Positions 10,757-22,900 are shown, counted from the stretch's first letter. The stretch is 35,704 bases of DNA from Octopus bimaculoides (GCF_001194135.2 NC_068986.1:14718316-14754019); one strand, 5' to 3'. A program made the numbers and translations. Notes: generated by a model not told the origin, from the sequence alone.

Positions 10757-12298
10757 GATATTATTTTGAGCTGAATGGGGGTGCTACATTCCCTTGTTCG
10801 AAAATATAAGGACACTGATAGTGTTGTATAGCCAACTAGAGACGATGTCTTTTGAGGCTAAATTACAGCAACATTCGACCTAAAACAGGGCGACTATGTT
10901 ATGTTGGCAATCTTTACTGCAGTCTGTTTTAAAAAAAATTCATCGCATATTTTGAAGAATTAAGTATAATTCTTCATAAATTTTGACGATCAAATCATTG
11001 TATCTTCCTTATTCTTAATGATATATGTGAAGTAAACCGTGTTGCCGAGAGCTATGTGTTGACCTTTTCTTCTGTGTAATATTTATGTTTGTGTTTCACT
11101 TCGAAGTAATGGTGTTGTCTCTGATTTTTTACTAGAACATAATTGGGTTGAATATTGTATACAGCAGTTCGTATGACGACTTCTTACACAGATGAATGAT
11201 AACCAATTAGTATCTGGAAGTGACGTCTTCATAAGCAGTTAAATATGCCGTTTTTTATGTATAATTGTAGATTGACGCCACTACCTTTGTCAGAGAAATC
11301 CATGCTAAGTCCGTTGGAAAAACTTAAGACTGACAACAGCCAGTGTCTAATGCCTCAGTAAAACCCAATGAAAAATTTGATGTCTTCAACACAATGTAAG
11401 GAATTGCTTATATTGTGTTGAAAGACTTCAGCTTCTAACAACTGTGAGAAAATTATTTAAAGAGTTCTTGAATTTACCATTGCTAAGGATTCTGTGAGAA
11501 AGCCTATTATGAATCAATTACCTTATTATGAAATGGTAATAACAAATGATAGTGATACAATTAAATTAAAAGATAATCCATCGCGATATCAGAAAACTGC
11601 TTACAATACAGAAGAATCTGCGATATTGTAATGAATTCAGGAGAGCCTGAAAATGCTCCTGTTGTTTCTGAGTGGGGCAAAGCATCAACAAATTCTATTA
11701 CACCTTAGTGCCTTCATGAAGAATCTAAGAATATTCTGCAACAGTAGCATGCAATAAAGAGCAGGATCCAGCTATTTACACGTTTCACGTACTCACCTGT
11801 GTCGCATCTCCTTTTTTTTTCTGTTTTTGTTTTACACAAACGTTGGTGAAAGAGTTGTAAAACATTTCCAGCTCTAATATCTTATTCTAAACCTAATTCA
11901 TGAAGCAGACATCGATTTCCTATACATTGTCACTACGACAGTTATTACATGACCACAAATAAATCAACTAGGAATTGATTCTTCAGGAAATTAACACACA
12001 TACACTTACTCACACGAACACACACACAGACTCACACACACATACACGCACAGGTAAATCATGAAATGCACAAATAAATAAATATCCAATTTTTTTCTTA
12101 TACATATATATTGAACAACATTATATAAATAGGTATGTGTGAGTGTGCGTGTGCGTGTATGTGTGTGTGCTTATGTAAATGTTTATATTTTATGTATTTA
12201 TGTGTACACATGCACACATATATATACACACACATGTATATCTGTATGTAAATGTACAGCATATTAGTGTATCTATCTATCTATCTATCTATCTATTG

Positions 12299-12339
<41 letters not shown>

Positions 12340-12340
<1 letters not shown>

Positions 12341-12557
12341 ATTTACTTTTCGTAATGAGATAAAAAAACCAAGGCTGTGTATAATATAGAACATTTATAA
12401 ATAGAAGGTCTTACAGATGTTTCCAGGATATTTATTATGCCCCTCCGATGATGGGATATAATAAATATCCTGGAAACAGTTGTTAGACCTTCTATTTATA
12501 GATGTTCTATAATGCACACAGCCTTGGATTTTCTTATCTCATTACAAAAAGTAAATC
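12340..12557. mobile_element. About 218-bp palindrome, HHR-bearing pLTR-derived element
   Basis: Arms 12340-12439 and 12459-12557 are reverse complements with only scattered mismatches. The element is flanked on the left by (TA)n. Confidence 0.8.
12443..12489 (+). ncRNA. Hammerhead (CCGAUGA core)
   Basis: CCGATGA(12445-51)-tgggatat aataa atatcctg-GAAAC-agtt-GTT-agacc. The inverted arm reads GAAAC-atct-GTA-agacc. The 5' strand of stem I is largely lost. Confidence 0.65.
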
Positions 12558-13945
12558 TTTATATTCACACGCTGATATATGACCTACGTTGGACCACTTC
12601 TTAGCATAATCACCAAACCTGGAGCTTAACTATGACCTATCCATAGCACTTACTCAGCATTACCTGAAACCTTTGGGTCTAATTGACAACACTATCGCTC
12701 ATAACCTATATATTCCCTGTGTGTGGTTTTGTGCGTTACTCTCTGTGTATATATGGGGTTGCAGACGTTTATGTATGTGGGTGTCTGTGTGTGTGTGTGT
12801 TTATGTATGTGCGCACCTCTGTGCGTGCGCGTTATGTTTGTATTTCGCTCCTTCTCGTAAAATGTAAAAAAGTGTACTACCTCACAACACAGTATTATAA
12901 TTTTCATTTCTTTATTCGAATATTTTCCCCCTACTTTTTACTAGAACATTTTGTCTTCTTCGCAATCGTAAACTAGACAATCTTCATTCAATTGTAGTAC
13001 TTCAATTTATTTCTTATATAGGCACTAACTATTGACAGATCGTTCTCGCGTGATATTTTGTGGCATCCGTCCAAGTTTTTACTTCAACCCATCTGCTCCT
13101 TATGTTCGCAATAAAAGTAGCCATATACAAGAGGCTAAAGTTCAGAACATTGAGCATTCGTACGACTTAACACCTGTAAACAAATACATTATGTCGATGA
13201 ATTATTGATGTCAATATACACTTTTATTGGTCGGAAATAATATTACAGTTTTAAGAGTTGAATAGAACTTATTAACAACCCATTTTTATAGTACTGAAAA
13301 ATGGAGGCTTGTTTGTTGGACTAGTTTGTGGTATGATCCTGATTTTGGTGTCTGGAACAGTTATATCCTGTCTTGTCGTTTTTCTTTTTTATATATATTA
13401 CATATTTACTCTCTCTCTCTCACATACACACTCATNNNNNNNNNNNNNNNNNNNNNNNNNNNNNNNNNNNNNNNNNNNNNNNNNNNNNNNNNNNNNNNNN
13501 NNNNNNNNNNNNNNNNNNNNNNNNNNNNNNNNNNNNNNNNNNNNNNNNNNNNNNNNNNNNNNNNNNNNNNNNNNNNNNNNNNNNNNNNNNNNNNNNNNNN
13601 NNNNNNNNNNNNNNNNNNNNNNNNNNNNNNNNNNNNNNNNNNNNNNNNNNNNNNNNNNNNNNNNNNNNNNNNNNNNNNNNNNNNNNNNNNNNNNNNNNNN
13701 NNNNNNNNNNNNNNNNNNNNNNNNNNNNNNNNNNNNNNNNNNNNNNNNNNNNNNNNNNNNNNNNNNNNNNNNNNNNNNNNNNNNNNNNNNNNNNNNNNNN
13801 NNNNNNNNNNNNNNNNNNNNNNNNNNNNNNNNNNNNNNNNNNNNNNNNNNNNNNNNNNNNNNNNNNNNNNNNNNNNNNNNNNATATATATGTATGTATAT
13901 ATATAGATACATACACATATATATATCTTACATCTTCTCATTTAA

Positions 13946-14290
13946 TGTTTCAGACTGCGCCCATGCTGGTGCACCGCCTTGAAGAATTATTTTAGTCAAA
14001 GGAATCGACATTAGCACAGATTTTGTAAAGTTTCCTACTCATTCTATCGGTCCCTTTTACCGCACCTCTAAGGTACGGTGAGGTAAAGACACAAACAGGC
14101 TGTCGACCGGGAAAACAAACACACACATGCACACAAACATACACACGTACATATACATACATACATACATACAATTCCACTTGCAAAAAAATTGTTCGCC
14201 TAGAGATCATAGTAGAACAGATTTTTCAAGGGAGTCAGGCAGTTGGAGTGAACCCAGAACTAAGTGATTGTGACGTAAACCTCTTACATC
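13946..14290 (-). mobile_element. tRNA-derived SINE, diverged
   Basis: Tail 'gactgcgcccatgctggtgcaccgcc', core 'attctatcggtcccttttaccgcacc' and head 'gcagttggagtgaacccagaac'. Confidence 0.8.
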
Positions 14291-14345
14291 TCAGCAAACT
14301 CTACACTTATGTATATATGTATATATGTGTATGTATGTGTATTAT

Positions 14346-14613
14346 GGAATGGAGTATATAAGATCCGAGCTCCATATGTTTCATAGCAAGCTGAACCTCC
14401 GAAGTGGTAAATATCCAAGCGAAGTGTACCAGAATGATTGAACTATCCAGGTGTCAGCATACACCACCTTACGACAATGTATCATTTCATTTAATCAAGA
14501 TATCCCCGGCAGGATGAGTAGCCTGCGGTATAAACCTCGCTTGGATACTTACCACTTCTGAGGTTCTACTCGCTATGAAATATATGTAGCTCAGATCTTA
14601 TTCACTCTATTCC
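14346..14613. mobile_element. Palindrome (about 80-bp arms) carrying a degenerate long-stem-II hammerhead
   Basis: Arms 14346-14430 and 14528-14613 are complementary. The plus strand reads aggATGA(14511-17)-gtagc...gctat-GAAA-tatatg-TA-gctc, and the inverted arm gives GAAAC-atat. Confidence 0.7.
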
Positions 14614-14902
14614 GTAAATCTTGTATTCCTTTATTTGCACACTCGGCAAAACTGGTAGCCAACCGTGAAATATAAAAAGAACTTTTTTCATCTTCGATAT
14701 GAAAATAATCCGCAGGCTTCTGTTTCAAGAAACCGCTATTGTACCTGAAAGTTGTTTTTTTTAAAAATATTTACTACAGACTGCTTGAAGAAAATCAATC
14801 ATATCCTTATTTTATGTAACACCTTAAAACTCAAAAATTGTTTCAACCTCATTAACATATGGCACGTAAATTTGTGAAGCGTTCCATATTTTTCGAATTG
14901 TA

Positions 14903-15170
14903 GGCGTAGGAATAGCTGTGTGGTAAGTAGCTTGCCTACGAACCCCATGGTTCCAGGTTCAGTCCCACTGCCGGCACCTTGTGCAAGCGTCTTCTACTAC
15001 AGCCTCTTGTCGACCAAAGCCTTGTGAGGGGACATGGTAGACCGAAACTGAAAGAAGCCCGTCGTATATATGTGTATATATATGTGTATGTATGTTTGTG
15101 TGTATATGTTTGTATGTCGCATATATATATTCATGAACACACACATACACACTCACACACTGACAGAGAC
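14903..15170 (+). mobile_element. tRNA-derived SINE 5' half plus microsatellite
   Basis: ggcgtaggaatagctgtgtggtaag (A-box region), ggttcagtccc (B-box), then aaactgaaagaagcccgtcg and a TA/TG tract. Confidence 0.9.
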
Positions 15171-15667
15171 AGATATTTATTCATAATATAATTAAAATTA
15201 TTAATAGTATGTACGAAAATTTATTTTAACACAACATTATCAAGTTAATCCAAATTGGTTTAATTGTAACTGAACATCTGAAAAAAAATTTAGCTATTAA
15301 AAATGCTAAAAAGAAACACCAAAACAAATTTAACTTCAAACGTTTATTCATTCAACCAAGAGCGATGTGTTTGAATAACTAATATAGTTTATATAAATAA
15401 ATATAAAAAACTATCCTACTAATTCCATATTTTTTCACTATTTGAAATCTACATAAAAGACCTACAAAACGAGTATATTTATCTACTAAAATTGGTGACG
15501 TCACTGGATATCTAATGAACAAAAACTGCAGACATGAATTCTATGTTATGCTTAATAGATAACTCAAGAATAAAAAATACAGATAAAAATTTTGCGCAAT
15601 GCTTAATAAAAACTTATATTATATACGTCGCAATAATTAATTACCTATTTATTTAATATATTAAACC

Positions 15668-16200
15668 CTTCTATAAGAATTAACCTTAATTTATGATAAA
15701 TGGAGAATTATTATATTCAACAACATATAAAATCTCCGAGGATCTCAATGGGTAATTAAAAAAATAAGAAAGCCAAATATCTATTTATTCATTATAATAA
15801 ACACTTATATAGGAATTAATTTTATTTTATAATAATTGAAAAATTATAACGATTAATAATAATATATTCAATTATTGATGAGTAGCCTAGATAACTAAAG
15901 AAGAAAAATAACGGATAAGATAATTAAATACCTACATATTTTTATATTATGCCTTTTATAGGAATTAAGATTATTATGTAATAATTCAAAAATTACTATA
16001 ATTGAGAATATATACAACACTTGATGATCTCAGTGAATAACTAAAAGAATGAAAATTATAGATAAGAATGCTACGTTATGCCTAATCGAAGCTTAGATAC
16101 TTTATAACGCTATAATAAATTACTTACTCATTATAGTAATCACTTTAATAGAAATTAACTTTATTATCTGAGAATTAATTGAAAGATTATTATGATTAAT
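15668..16200. repeat. Degenerate tandem array of about 135-190-bp units at the 3' end of a Penelope-like ORF
   Basis: The anchor 'cttWtataRgaattaa' recurs at 15668, 15804, 15953 and 16143. Related internal segments recur at 15876 and 16021. Confidence 0.6.
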
Positions 16201-16630
16201 AGGTGAAATATTTGAATGTCTTTCTAAATTTATGGCAACATCTTAAATTTAAGTGCCCATTAAAATTCAATAAAATTAATTTAGAAGTAATTATAAAATA
16301 TAATTCTTCGAGGCAAAGGTCACAAGTACAATTACCAATACTATACGATGCTGCATGACTAATAATGGACCACTTCAAATCATATTTAATATTCTTATCC
16401 TTTAAATCCGAAATGCATTTAATAAGATTAGTTGAATTGCATTTTCTTCTATCTTTAAAGGAATTAGAATGATTATAAAATCTAGATTTCTAATTAATAT
16501 AAGAAGAACCAACATAGCAATACTTACGATGTCTCGTTATTACTTTACTCCGATATACTAAGTTCTTCTTAAAACATTAATTTCCTAAACGGCATTGAGT
16601 TTCGTTTACGCAGTTACATATAGATTTGTT
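16196..16630 (-). pseudogene. Penelope-like GIY-YIG endonuclease C-terminus (Cys-rich type)
   Basis: Single frame: CNCVNETQCRLGN*CFKKNLVYRSKVITRHRKYCYVGSSYIN*KSRFYNHSNSFKDRRKCNSTNLIKCISDLKDKNIKYDLKWSIISHAASYSIGNCTCDLCLEELYFII...CCHKFRKTF. It has two in-frame stops. Confidence 0.9.
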
Positions 16631-17755
16631 CACTTGTATCTTGCTCTCAGGGTTATATGAATTTCTACTAGCACCTATCTGTAAGTAAGGTTTTAAAGTT
16701 GCCGTTATAATAATAATAATAATAATTATTGGAATTAATATTAATACAAGATGAAAGACTAAATTTAGTATCAGTATATTGATCAATTATGGAATCTAAA
16801 CCTTGTTCCGAATAATAGGTAGACTGATAGATAGGCTAACAGATAGATATTGACGTAGATGTATACATGAATATATCATCTAAACAATCGCTACTTACAG
16901 CTATGACGCTATATTCCTTGACGAAATGACTGGATGAATTTCGACCTACCATAATATCCATATATATTACCAGTTATATTGTAACGGCCCTATGGATTGG
17001 GATTTTAATCACAAACAACATATAATTTGTGGAAACGCGTGTAACCATGCATTGAAATACGAAATTACATCCTTGAATTATTATTATCATTAATATTATC
17101 ATTATTATATTTATCTTATCACTTAGGTCATATCAGCACCACTTGGGATCATAAAATAGCTGGTAGCTGGCGTAATAGCGTAGGAATTTTATGTGCTTAT
17201 CCCAAAACGTTTCGCGTTACCGAACTTAATGGCTAAACTGTGTGCCTTAAATACATTTGTATAGGCTCCAGAAAGTTAAATTTTGCAAACTTTATTCTAA
17301 ATTACTTAAGTTGATTGATGTTTGATTTAGGCGTCACGGTTTGTTGAACATTTCAAAGGCCTGTATTTTGAGCCTGACCAAAGGGGTAATTGTAAACAAC
17401 ATTCCCCAGGGATTTTTACAACTCCATTTTCATCTCCTTTACTATTGTTGTCTGTCTAGTTCTTCTGGCTAGGCAGACACACATCAATACCTGAATTTTA
17501 AGTCGTCCCATCCACCACATACAGAACGCAACATCCCATACTGTCTAGGCAGAAGACTTTATACCATTATCTTTGCACCATCATCTTATATTATATTTTT
17601 ATAAGATTGTAAATAAAACGTGAAAATCAAAGTTGGAATTTCTTTATGTAATATATATATATATAGGTAAAATTCACAAAAAAAAAAAAAGACGAAGACA
17701 GGTGGTGTAGAAAACAAACAGATGTATTAGTATAACGTTCGGGAATTGAAAAAGT

Positions 17756-17791
17756 CTTTAACGTTTCCAGCGTAGGTTCTTCCACAGAAAG
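17756..17791 (-). ncRNA. Hammerhead-like motif with non-canonical CUGUGGA core
   Basis: Minus strand: cttt-CTGTGGA-agaacctacgctg-GAAAC-GTT-aaag. Stem I is 4 bp, stem III is the AACGTT palindrome, and stem II is degenerate. Confidence 0.45.
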
Positions 17792-20092
17792 GAACACGGA
17801 AAGGAACAAGGAAAGAAAAAATGCGTGTAGTGGCTAGCGACTTATCATGGGGAATATATATATANNNNNNNNNNNNNNNNNNNNNNNNNNNNNNNNNNNN
17901 NNNNNNNNNNNNNNNNNNNNNNNNNNNNNNNNNNNNNNNNNNNNNNNNNNNNNNNNNNNNNNNNNNNNNNNNNNNNNNNNNNNNNNNNNNNNNNNNNNNN
18001 NNNNNNNNNNNNNNNNNNNNNNNNNNNNNNNNNNNNNNNNNNNNNNNNNNNNNNNNNNNNNNNNNNNNNNNNNNNNNNNNNNNNNNNNNNNNNNNNNNNN
18101 NNNNNNNNNNNNNNNNNNNNNNNNNNNNNNNNNNNNNNNNNNNNNNNNNNNNNNNNNNNNNNNNNNNNNNNNNNNNNNNNNNNNNNNNNNNNNNNNNNNN
18201 NNNNNNNNNNNNNNNNNNNNNNNNNNNNNNNNNNNNNNNNNNNNNNNNNNNNNNNNNNNNNNNNNNNNNNNNNNNNNNNNNNNNNNNNNNNNNNNNNNNN
18301 NNNNNNNNNNNNNNNNNNNNNNNNNNNNNNNNNNNNNNNNNNNNNNNNNNNNNNNNNNNNNNNNNNNNNNNNNNNNNNNNNNNNNNNNNNNNNNNNNNNN
18401 NNNNNNNNNNNNNNNNNNNNNNNNNNNNNNNNNNNNNNNNNNNNNNNNNNNNNNNNNNNNNNNNNNNNNNNNNNNNNNNNNNNNNNNNNNNNNNNNNNNN
18501 NNNNNNNNNNNNNNNNNNNNNNNNNNNNNNNNNNNNNNNNNNNNNNNNNNNNNNNNNNNNNNNNNNNNNNNNNNNNNNNNNNNNNNNNNNNNNNNNNNNN
18601 NNNNNNNNNNNNNNNNNNNNNNNNNNNNNNNNNNNNNNNNNNNNNNNNNNNNNNNNNNNNNNNNNNNNNNNNNNNNNNNNNNNNNNNNNNNNNNNNNNNN
18701 NNNNNNNNNNNNNNNNNNNNNNNNNNNNNNNNNNNNNNNNNNNNNNNNNNNNNNNNNNNNNNNNNNNNNNNNNNNNNNNNNNNNNNNNNNNNNNNNNNNN
18801 NNNNNNNNNTATATATATACATATCACACATACCCAGGCACACATACGCGCGCGTGCACGCACACACATTATACAAGAGGTGTTGCTGATTCATTGATAT
18901 AATTGCCATTTAGAATGCAACGCTTGGATGATATTATGACAAAAACACTTACACGGATAGCTCTGTAGTGTTTTATAGAAAGATGCTTCTCGTAGCGATA
19001 GTTGTCATATTAATATCTGCTGACGGACTACAACACCATATATTTTCACTGTATTTGAACAGTTACCTCTTTAAACAATCCCACAGCTTTATCCACCATG
19101 CCACCTCTCAAGATCCTTCATAACATTTTCAATATATATAATTTATCAAATGATAAAACACCAGCGGGACTTTTTAATATCTAAATGCGAACCAATGTAC
19201 ACACGATACTTTGTAGTGTCTCGTGGAACGCATTTTAAATTCTAAATCATTTCCAATTCAGCGATATATTGCTGGGGTCAAATGTACAAAGCAGGCAATA
19301 TAATAATTCATTTCTTGAATGTATTCTCCAAAGGCGAAAAATAATTGTGAAAAACTTAATGAAGGAACATCCTGTTCGATATATCTCAGTTAAACGAATT
19401 TTATTCTCATACTAACTAGGATTTGGTTCAGTTCCAGAAAAATTAATGAGGCAGTAAAACCCTTACGCAATAGCCCTTATATTTCTTCCTGTAAAGCCAG
19501 AATAGTTCTCGTTTTCGCCGCAACGGAGCAATACTGAAGAACGCAGACAAGATTCGATAAAATTTAATCCGTTCTTAAAGTATTACAAAATTTAATTAGA
19601 TTAGAAATGTTGTTCTGAGGCAAAACAACTAAAACTGAACATTTATGGATAGAGTGTGTAATAATGGGACTAAATTAATGAAATAAGCTTTTACTTATTT
19701 CAGTATTTCGAAAGCCGCGCTCATGAGGTATATTACAATTGTCGGTTTATCACAATTTATGATTGCATTATTATTTAGCTGTCGAATTCACGTTTGCAAC
19801 CTTACATTCATGCACACACACGCACACACACACATTTATATATAAACTTATATATGCAGAAAGAGTGGCGTATAATATATTAAATATATATTATTATATG
19901 TATCTGTATGTATATGCATATTACGTATATACATATATACATGCATATACACACACATACGCACACATATGTATAAAGTGAGGCGTATAATATATTTCAA
20001 TATATATTCTTATATATATCTGTATGTATATTATGCATATACATATATACATACACCCCCCACACACACACATATATATATAGATATATACA

Positions 20093-20106
<14 letters not shown>

Positions 20107-20160
<54 letters not shown>
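20107..20160. repeat. (TG)n microsatellite
   Basis: Direct. Confidence 0.95.
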
Positions 20161-20169
<9 letters not shown>

Positions 20170-20420
20170 GTAATTTTTTGAACTAATGTGTATATGTTAA
20201 TTAGTGAATTGAGAAAAGCACATCCACTGTTTGGACTACCTGGTGTCATGCGCAGTCGGGGTATATTTCTGTTGGATCAACTTCAGGAATTCCGCGGTGT
20301 TAGTTGAGTTAGTAATAACTAATGAAGCAAACGGAGGAGAGATTTATCACTAGTTTTCATTCAGTACGACGATCGTTTCGACCCATCCTGAAACTGTTCG
20401 TTAAGGGTAGGATTTTCTGC

Positions 20421-20648
20421 ATCTAATTGCTTCGCATCAATCCGTGCAGCTTATTTCTCATCAGGTACATGCATAAAAAACTGGGATGTGCCATTTAATT
20501 GTATGTTATATATTCATGGACAAATGTAGCCGGTCATACCAAAATACATCGGGTATGGGCAACGTGCTTAGAACTAACGGTATATCCCATTTTTATGCAT
20601 GTACCTGATGTGACACAAACTGCACAAGTTGGTGCAACGCCATTAGAT
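20421..20648. mobile_element. MITE with about 65-bp imperfect TIRs
   Basis: 20421-20487 (…catcaggtacatgcataaaaaactgggat) is complementary to 20584-20648 (atcccatttttatgcatgtacctgatg…). No TSD was resolved. Confidence 0.75.
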
Positions 20649-20649
20649 T

Positions 20650-21295
20650 AATTTATGTTGATTGGGACAGTCATATCAATGAGGAAGCATGATTTTTGTC
20701 TGAAGCCTTTCATTATAATGTCAGTTTGAATAGTGAAGTTGCAGAGGAGTGAGATGTGATCATTTTCAAGCACTGGAGGTGGTTTGTGTTCTCACCAGTT
20801 TTTATCATGGGGCGGGTTCAGGTTTTTGCAAATTATCCATTGAATATATTGTGCAGCTCTAGCATGCCTGTAGAGATACTCAGTAGGCACAAGAAGACTG
20901 CACATGGAGAAGACATGGTCTATGGTGTCATTTTCTTGTTGACATTCACGCCGTTCTTTCGTATGTTGGCCTGGTAGTTTCTTGTAGGTAGACATTGATC
21001 TTGGGCTGCTATGATAAACCCTTCTGTTCCTGATTTTAAGGCACACGCCATTAACCATTGATGGGTAAGTGCTCTGTCGACATCGGCATTATTAGTTCTC
21101 TTTGGTTATTTGCTATTGAGAGGTTTTGCGTGCTATTTATCAGAAAGAATATCTAGAGCAGTTTTAGCACGGGTTTTCATACGCTTAGCCTTTTCTGTGC
21201 ATGTTTCCAGTATGCATAATTCTAGGATTTGTTGTATTTGGAATTCACTTAGATATTCCTTTTCCTGTTTCGTTAATGAGTACGATGAATCTCTT
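20650..21295 (-). mobile_element. R4/Dong-clade (RLE) LINE 3' fragment
   Basis: Minus-strand translation gives THQWL...LKSGTEGFIIAAQDQCLPTRNY, then CQQENDTIDHVFSMCSLLVPTEYLYRH..AQYIQWIICK, EHKPPPVLENDHI and KSCFLIDMTVP. This is the CCHC plus RLE signature. Confidence 0.9.
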
Positions 21296-21299
21296 AATG

Positions 21300-22900
21300 C
21301 TGGAGATATAAAAATTTCATGGGTCATACTTGCACTCATGAGTGACATACCTGTTTGTGTGATGTAGTGCTCTGGAGAAACGTTAATTGTTATTTCGTAG
21401 ATTAGGTTGAAACAATTTTAGATAAGAACGTTTTGTTTTAGTTTTGAATACAGAGCCATCTTGGAAATGGAATTCGGTAACTCATTCATACCTAGGATCC
21501 GTTGTTTAGTGTGTGTAACAGTATATTGGTCGATATCGTCTTTCTTTGGCCCTTGCCTTAATAATTGGTTGTTTTTCCAGGATGTTTCACACTTTATGGT
21601 CCTGAAATGACTTTGGCATCTTTAGACAGATGCTGATAAAAATTTTGAATATTGTTTTAGTTAAAATTTGAAATATATGGAATGGTAGTTTCATGTTTAT
21701 TGGATCTTGATTTTCAAATTTCTTGGATTTTAATTTTTGTAGCTTTCTGCATTCGAAATTCAATTAGTTTTATTGAATATTGTCTTATGGTAATTATATT
21801 TTTCATGCCATCTCAAGTTCGGTCTCTACCTTCGGGTTCTGTTACAAATGTGGATATTTGCTTCGCTAAAGTGAATAGAATATGGCCTCGAGTATGAGTA
21901 ACATGATGTAAAGAGGAAGTATTGTCATGAGTCGATGCATTTAAAATATATAACCGTTTCCATTTCTTCCAGCTATTAGAATATCTAAGAAGGATAGATT
22001 ATCGTTGCTGAAATCAATGGTGAATTGAACGTAAGGAGTCATGTTTATATTATTTTTGAATTGAAAAAAAAATATGTCAAAGCTCCAGTTGTCTTTCAAA
22101 AGGACGGCTCAGTAATTCTCCATAAAAAATTCAGAGTCTTTATAGTAGAATTACATTTCATTGTATACCATGACAAATTCGGAATTTTTCTGGGTAACTT
22201 TCGTCCATATAGCCTTTCGGGACATTTTTCGATAGTCTAAGATTCTCGATAGTCTGAGTAAGCGTTTCTCTAAAATGAATTCGATGCAGTCTTCAATAAT
22301 TTTTATGTATTCATTCAGGTGTTTCATGAGAACATTAGTTTAGCCAATAATCTATAAATTCCATAACTGTGAGGGATATTCCTGTATAGATTCGCAGCAT
22401 CAAATATGACGATAAAGGTGTTTTCGTTTATTGAGTTACATAGGTGGTTCTCTATATACAAATCATCTCATATAAAACTCATTATGTTCCTCACGAGAGC
22501 CTTTAGTAGAACGTCTACGAAATTACTTAAGCGATGTGTTTCGCGCGAGGGGCCTGCTACAGTGGGTCTCGGTTTTAGATCTGGTGGTGGTGGGATATTC
22601 ACAAAATTATTTGTTGTGCCTTCGTGTCTTTCATAAATTAGCTTATTCTTATGCAGTTTGTAAACGTTACTTGATCTGTATTTGAATTCTTTGTAACGTA
22701 ATCCCGTTGAGTATCAGTTAAGTAATTTTTGTTCCATCTAGTAGGACGGTATATACCTTCATAATTTTCGCAGATTTGGAATTTCTAGTTACTACGAAAT
22801 AAACATGATAGTATCGCATATCCAACTCGAAAATGGTTATAATAATCTCTATCTATAATTGAACCCCTTTAGCCAGCGTCGTTTTCAATTATGTTTTTAT
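21300..22900 (-). mobile_element. Decayed Penelope-like element: RT plus GIY-YIG N-terminus
   Basis: Motifs in order: LAKRGSIIDRDYY; DLKPRPTVAGPSRETHRLSNFVDVLLK; FDAANLYRNIPHSYG; QFTIDFSNDNLSFLDILI; NLIYEITINVSPEHYITQTG (GIY-YIG motif). Many stops and frameshifts are present. Confidence 0.9.

Noticed and set aside
15200-16200. Mitochondrial insertion (very AT-rich)
   Set aside because: No mitochondrial gene, tRNA or rRNA motif was recognised. The tandem 3' repeats of the adjacent PLE explain it better.
17010-17047. Half hammerhead cacaaa/tttgtg-GAAAC-gcgt-GTA
   Set aside because: No recognisable CUGANGA core or stem I upstream; at best a remnant.
13309-18909. Long ORFs of 150-380 aa here and at 26381-26963 and 31121-32505
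   Set aside because: They consist of N gaps.
18930-19125. Hydrophobic 64-codon open stretch (YRKMLLVAIVVIL)
   Set aside because: No convincing splice sites or family motif.
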